From: a virus | Virus record (IMG/VR): IMGVR_UViG_3300045988_050262 | Reading direction: 5' to 3' (one strand) | DNA: 13,374 bases | In this document: positions 13,295 to 13,374 of the stretch, one piece after another | How positions within the stretch are numbered: the first letter of the stretch is position 1 | How the letters are laid out: each line of letters begins with the position of its first letter | Program-made: the position numbers and the translations under genes | Notes under the pieces: model-generated | What the model saw: the letters and a program-made list of their open reading frames with translations, nothing else | Database searches by the model: none | Told to the model about the DNA's origin: nothing

Positions 13295-13374
13295 TGAATA
13301 ATTTAACAATGAGTGTAGCACAGTAACGCTTTACTGTGTTAAAGTGCTATGAACGGTTTATCGTCAATTGGGGA
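13271..13374 (+). ncRNA. Candidate ~100-nt terminal run-off transcript through the right ITR
   Basis: Predicted start is 13271-13273. It contains the ITR hairpin (reverse complement of 38-55) and no credible ORF or terminator. Confidence 0.25.
13294..13374. repeat. Right inverted terminal repeat
   Basis: Reverse complement of nt 1-79. The last 55 nt (13320-13374) are a perfect match. The right copy carries 2 extra nt (tg, 13310-13311). Confidence 0.95.

Noticed and set aside
1-13374. Genome-wide TAG reassignment (a code-15-like recoded phage)
   Set aside because: Six well-supported genes (polymerase, ATPase, tail knob, portal, collar-like protein, and the 311 frame) end in TAG at tight or overlapping junctions with the next SD or start. 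TAG is therefore normally a stop here. Only two small ORFs show internal TAGs.

Overview
This window looks like a complete linear genome (13,374 nt) of a very small phi29-like, protein-primed podophage. The host is probably Gram-positive, judging from strong AGGAGG Shine-Dalgarno (SD) sites, a holin_4-type holin and an Amidase_3 endolysin. The two ends are inverted terminal repeats (ITRs): 55 bp perfect, about 80 bp imperfect. Every convincing gene is on the + strand, with tight or overlapping junctions. In order: small early ORFs, a putative terminal protein, a protein-primed family-B DNA polymerase, small ORFs including an SSB-like protein, a gp16-like packaging ATPase, a 59-aa ORF, holin, amidase, scaffold, a phi29 gp8-like major capsid protein, a gp9-like tail knob, a gp10-like portal, a collar-like protein and three fibre or receptor-binding-like proteins, the last one glycine-rich. 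Four promoters share one design (perfect TTGACA, 17-nt spacer, TATACT or TACTAT). Two sit inside the genome, at 3296 and 5388. The other two sit just inside each ITR and point outward toward the DNA ends. The items most worth follow-up are: (1) the outward terminal promoters and the structured RNAs they would make, which are prohead-RNA (pRNA) candidates; (2) an ~80-nt three-way-junction RNA just downstream of the late promoter and ahead of the holin; (3) two small, apparently paralogous ORFs, each interrupted by an in-frame TAG that is followed directly by a hairpin; (4) a left-end-specific duplication of an ITR sub-element. All functional calls come from motifs I recognised by eye. No database search was possible.
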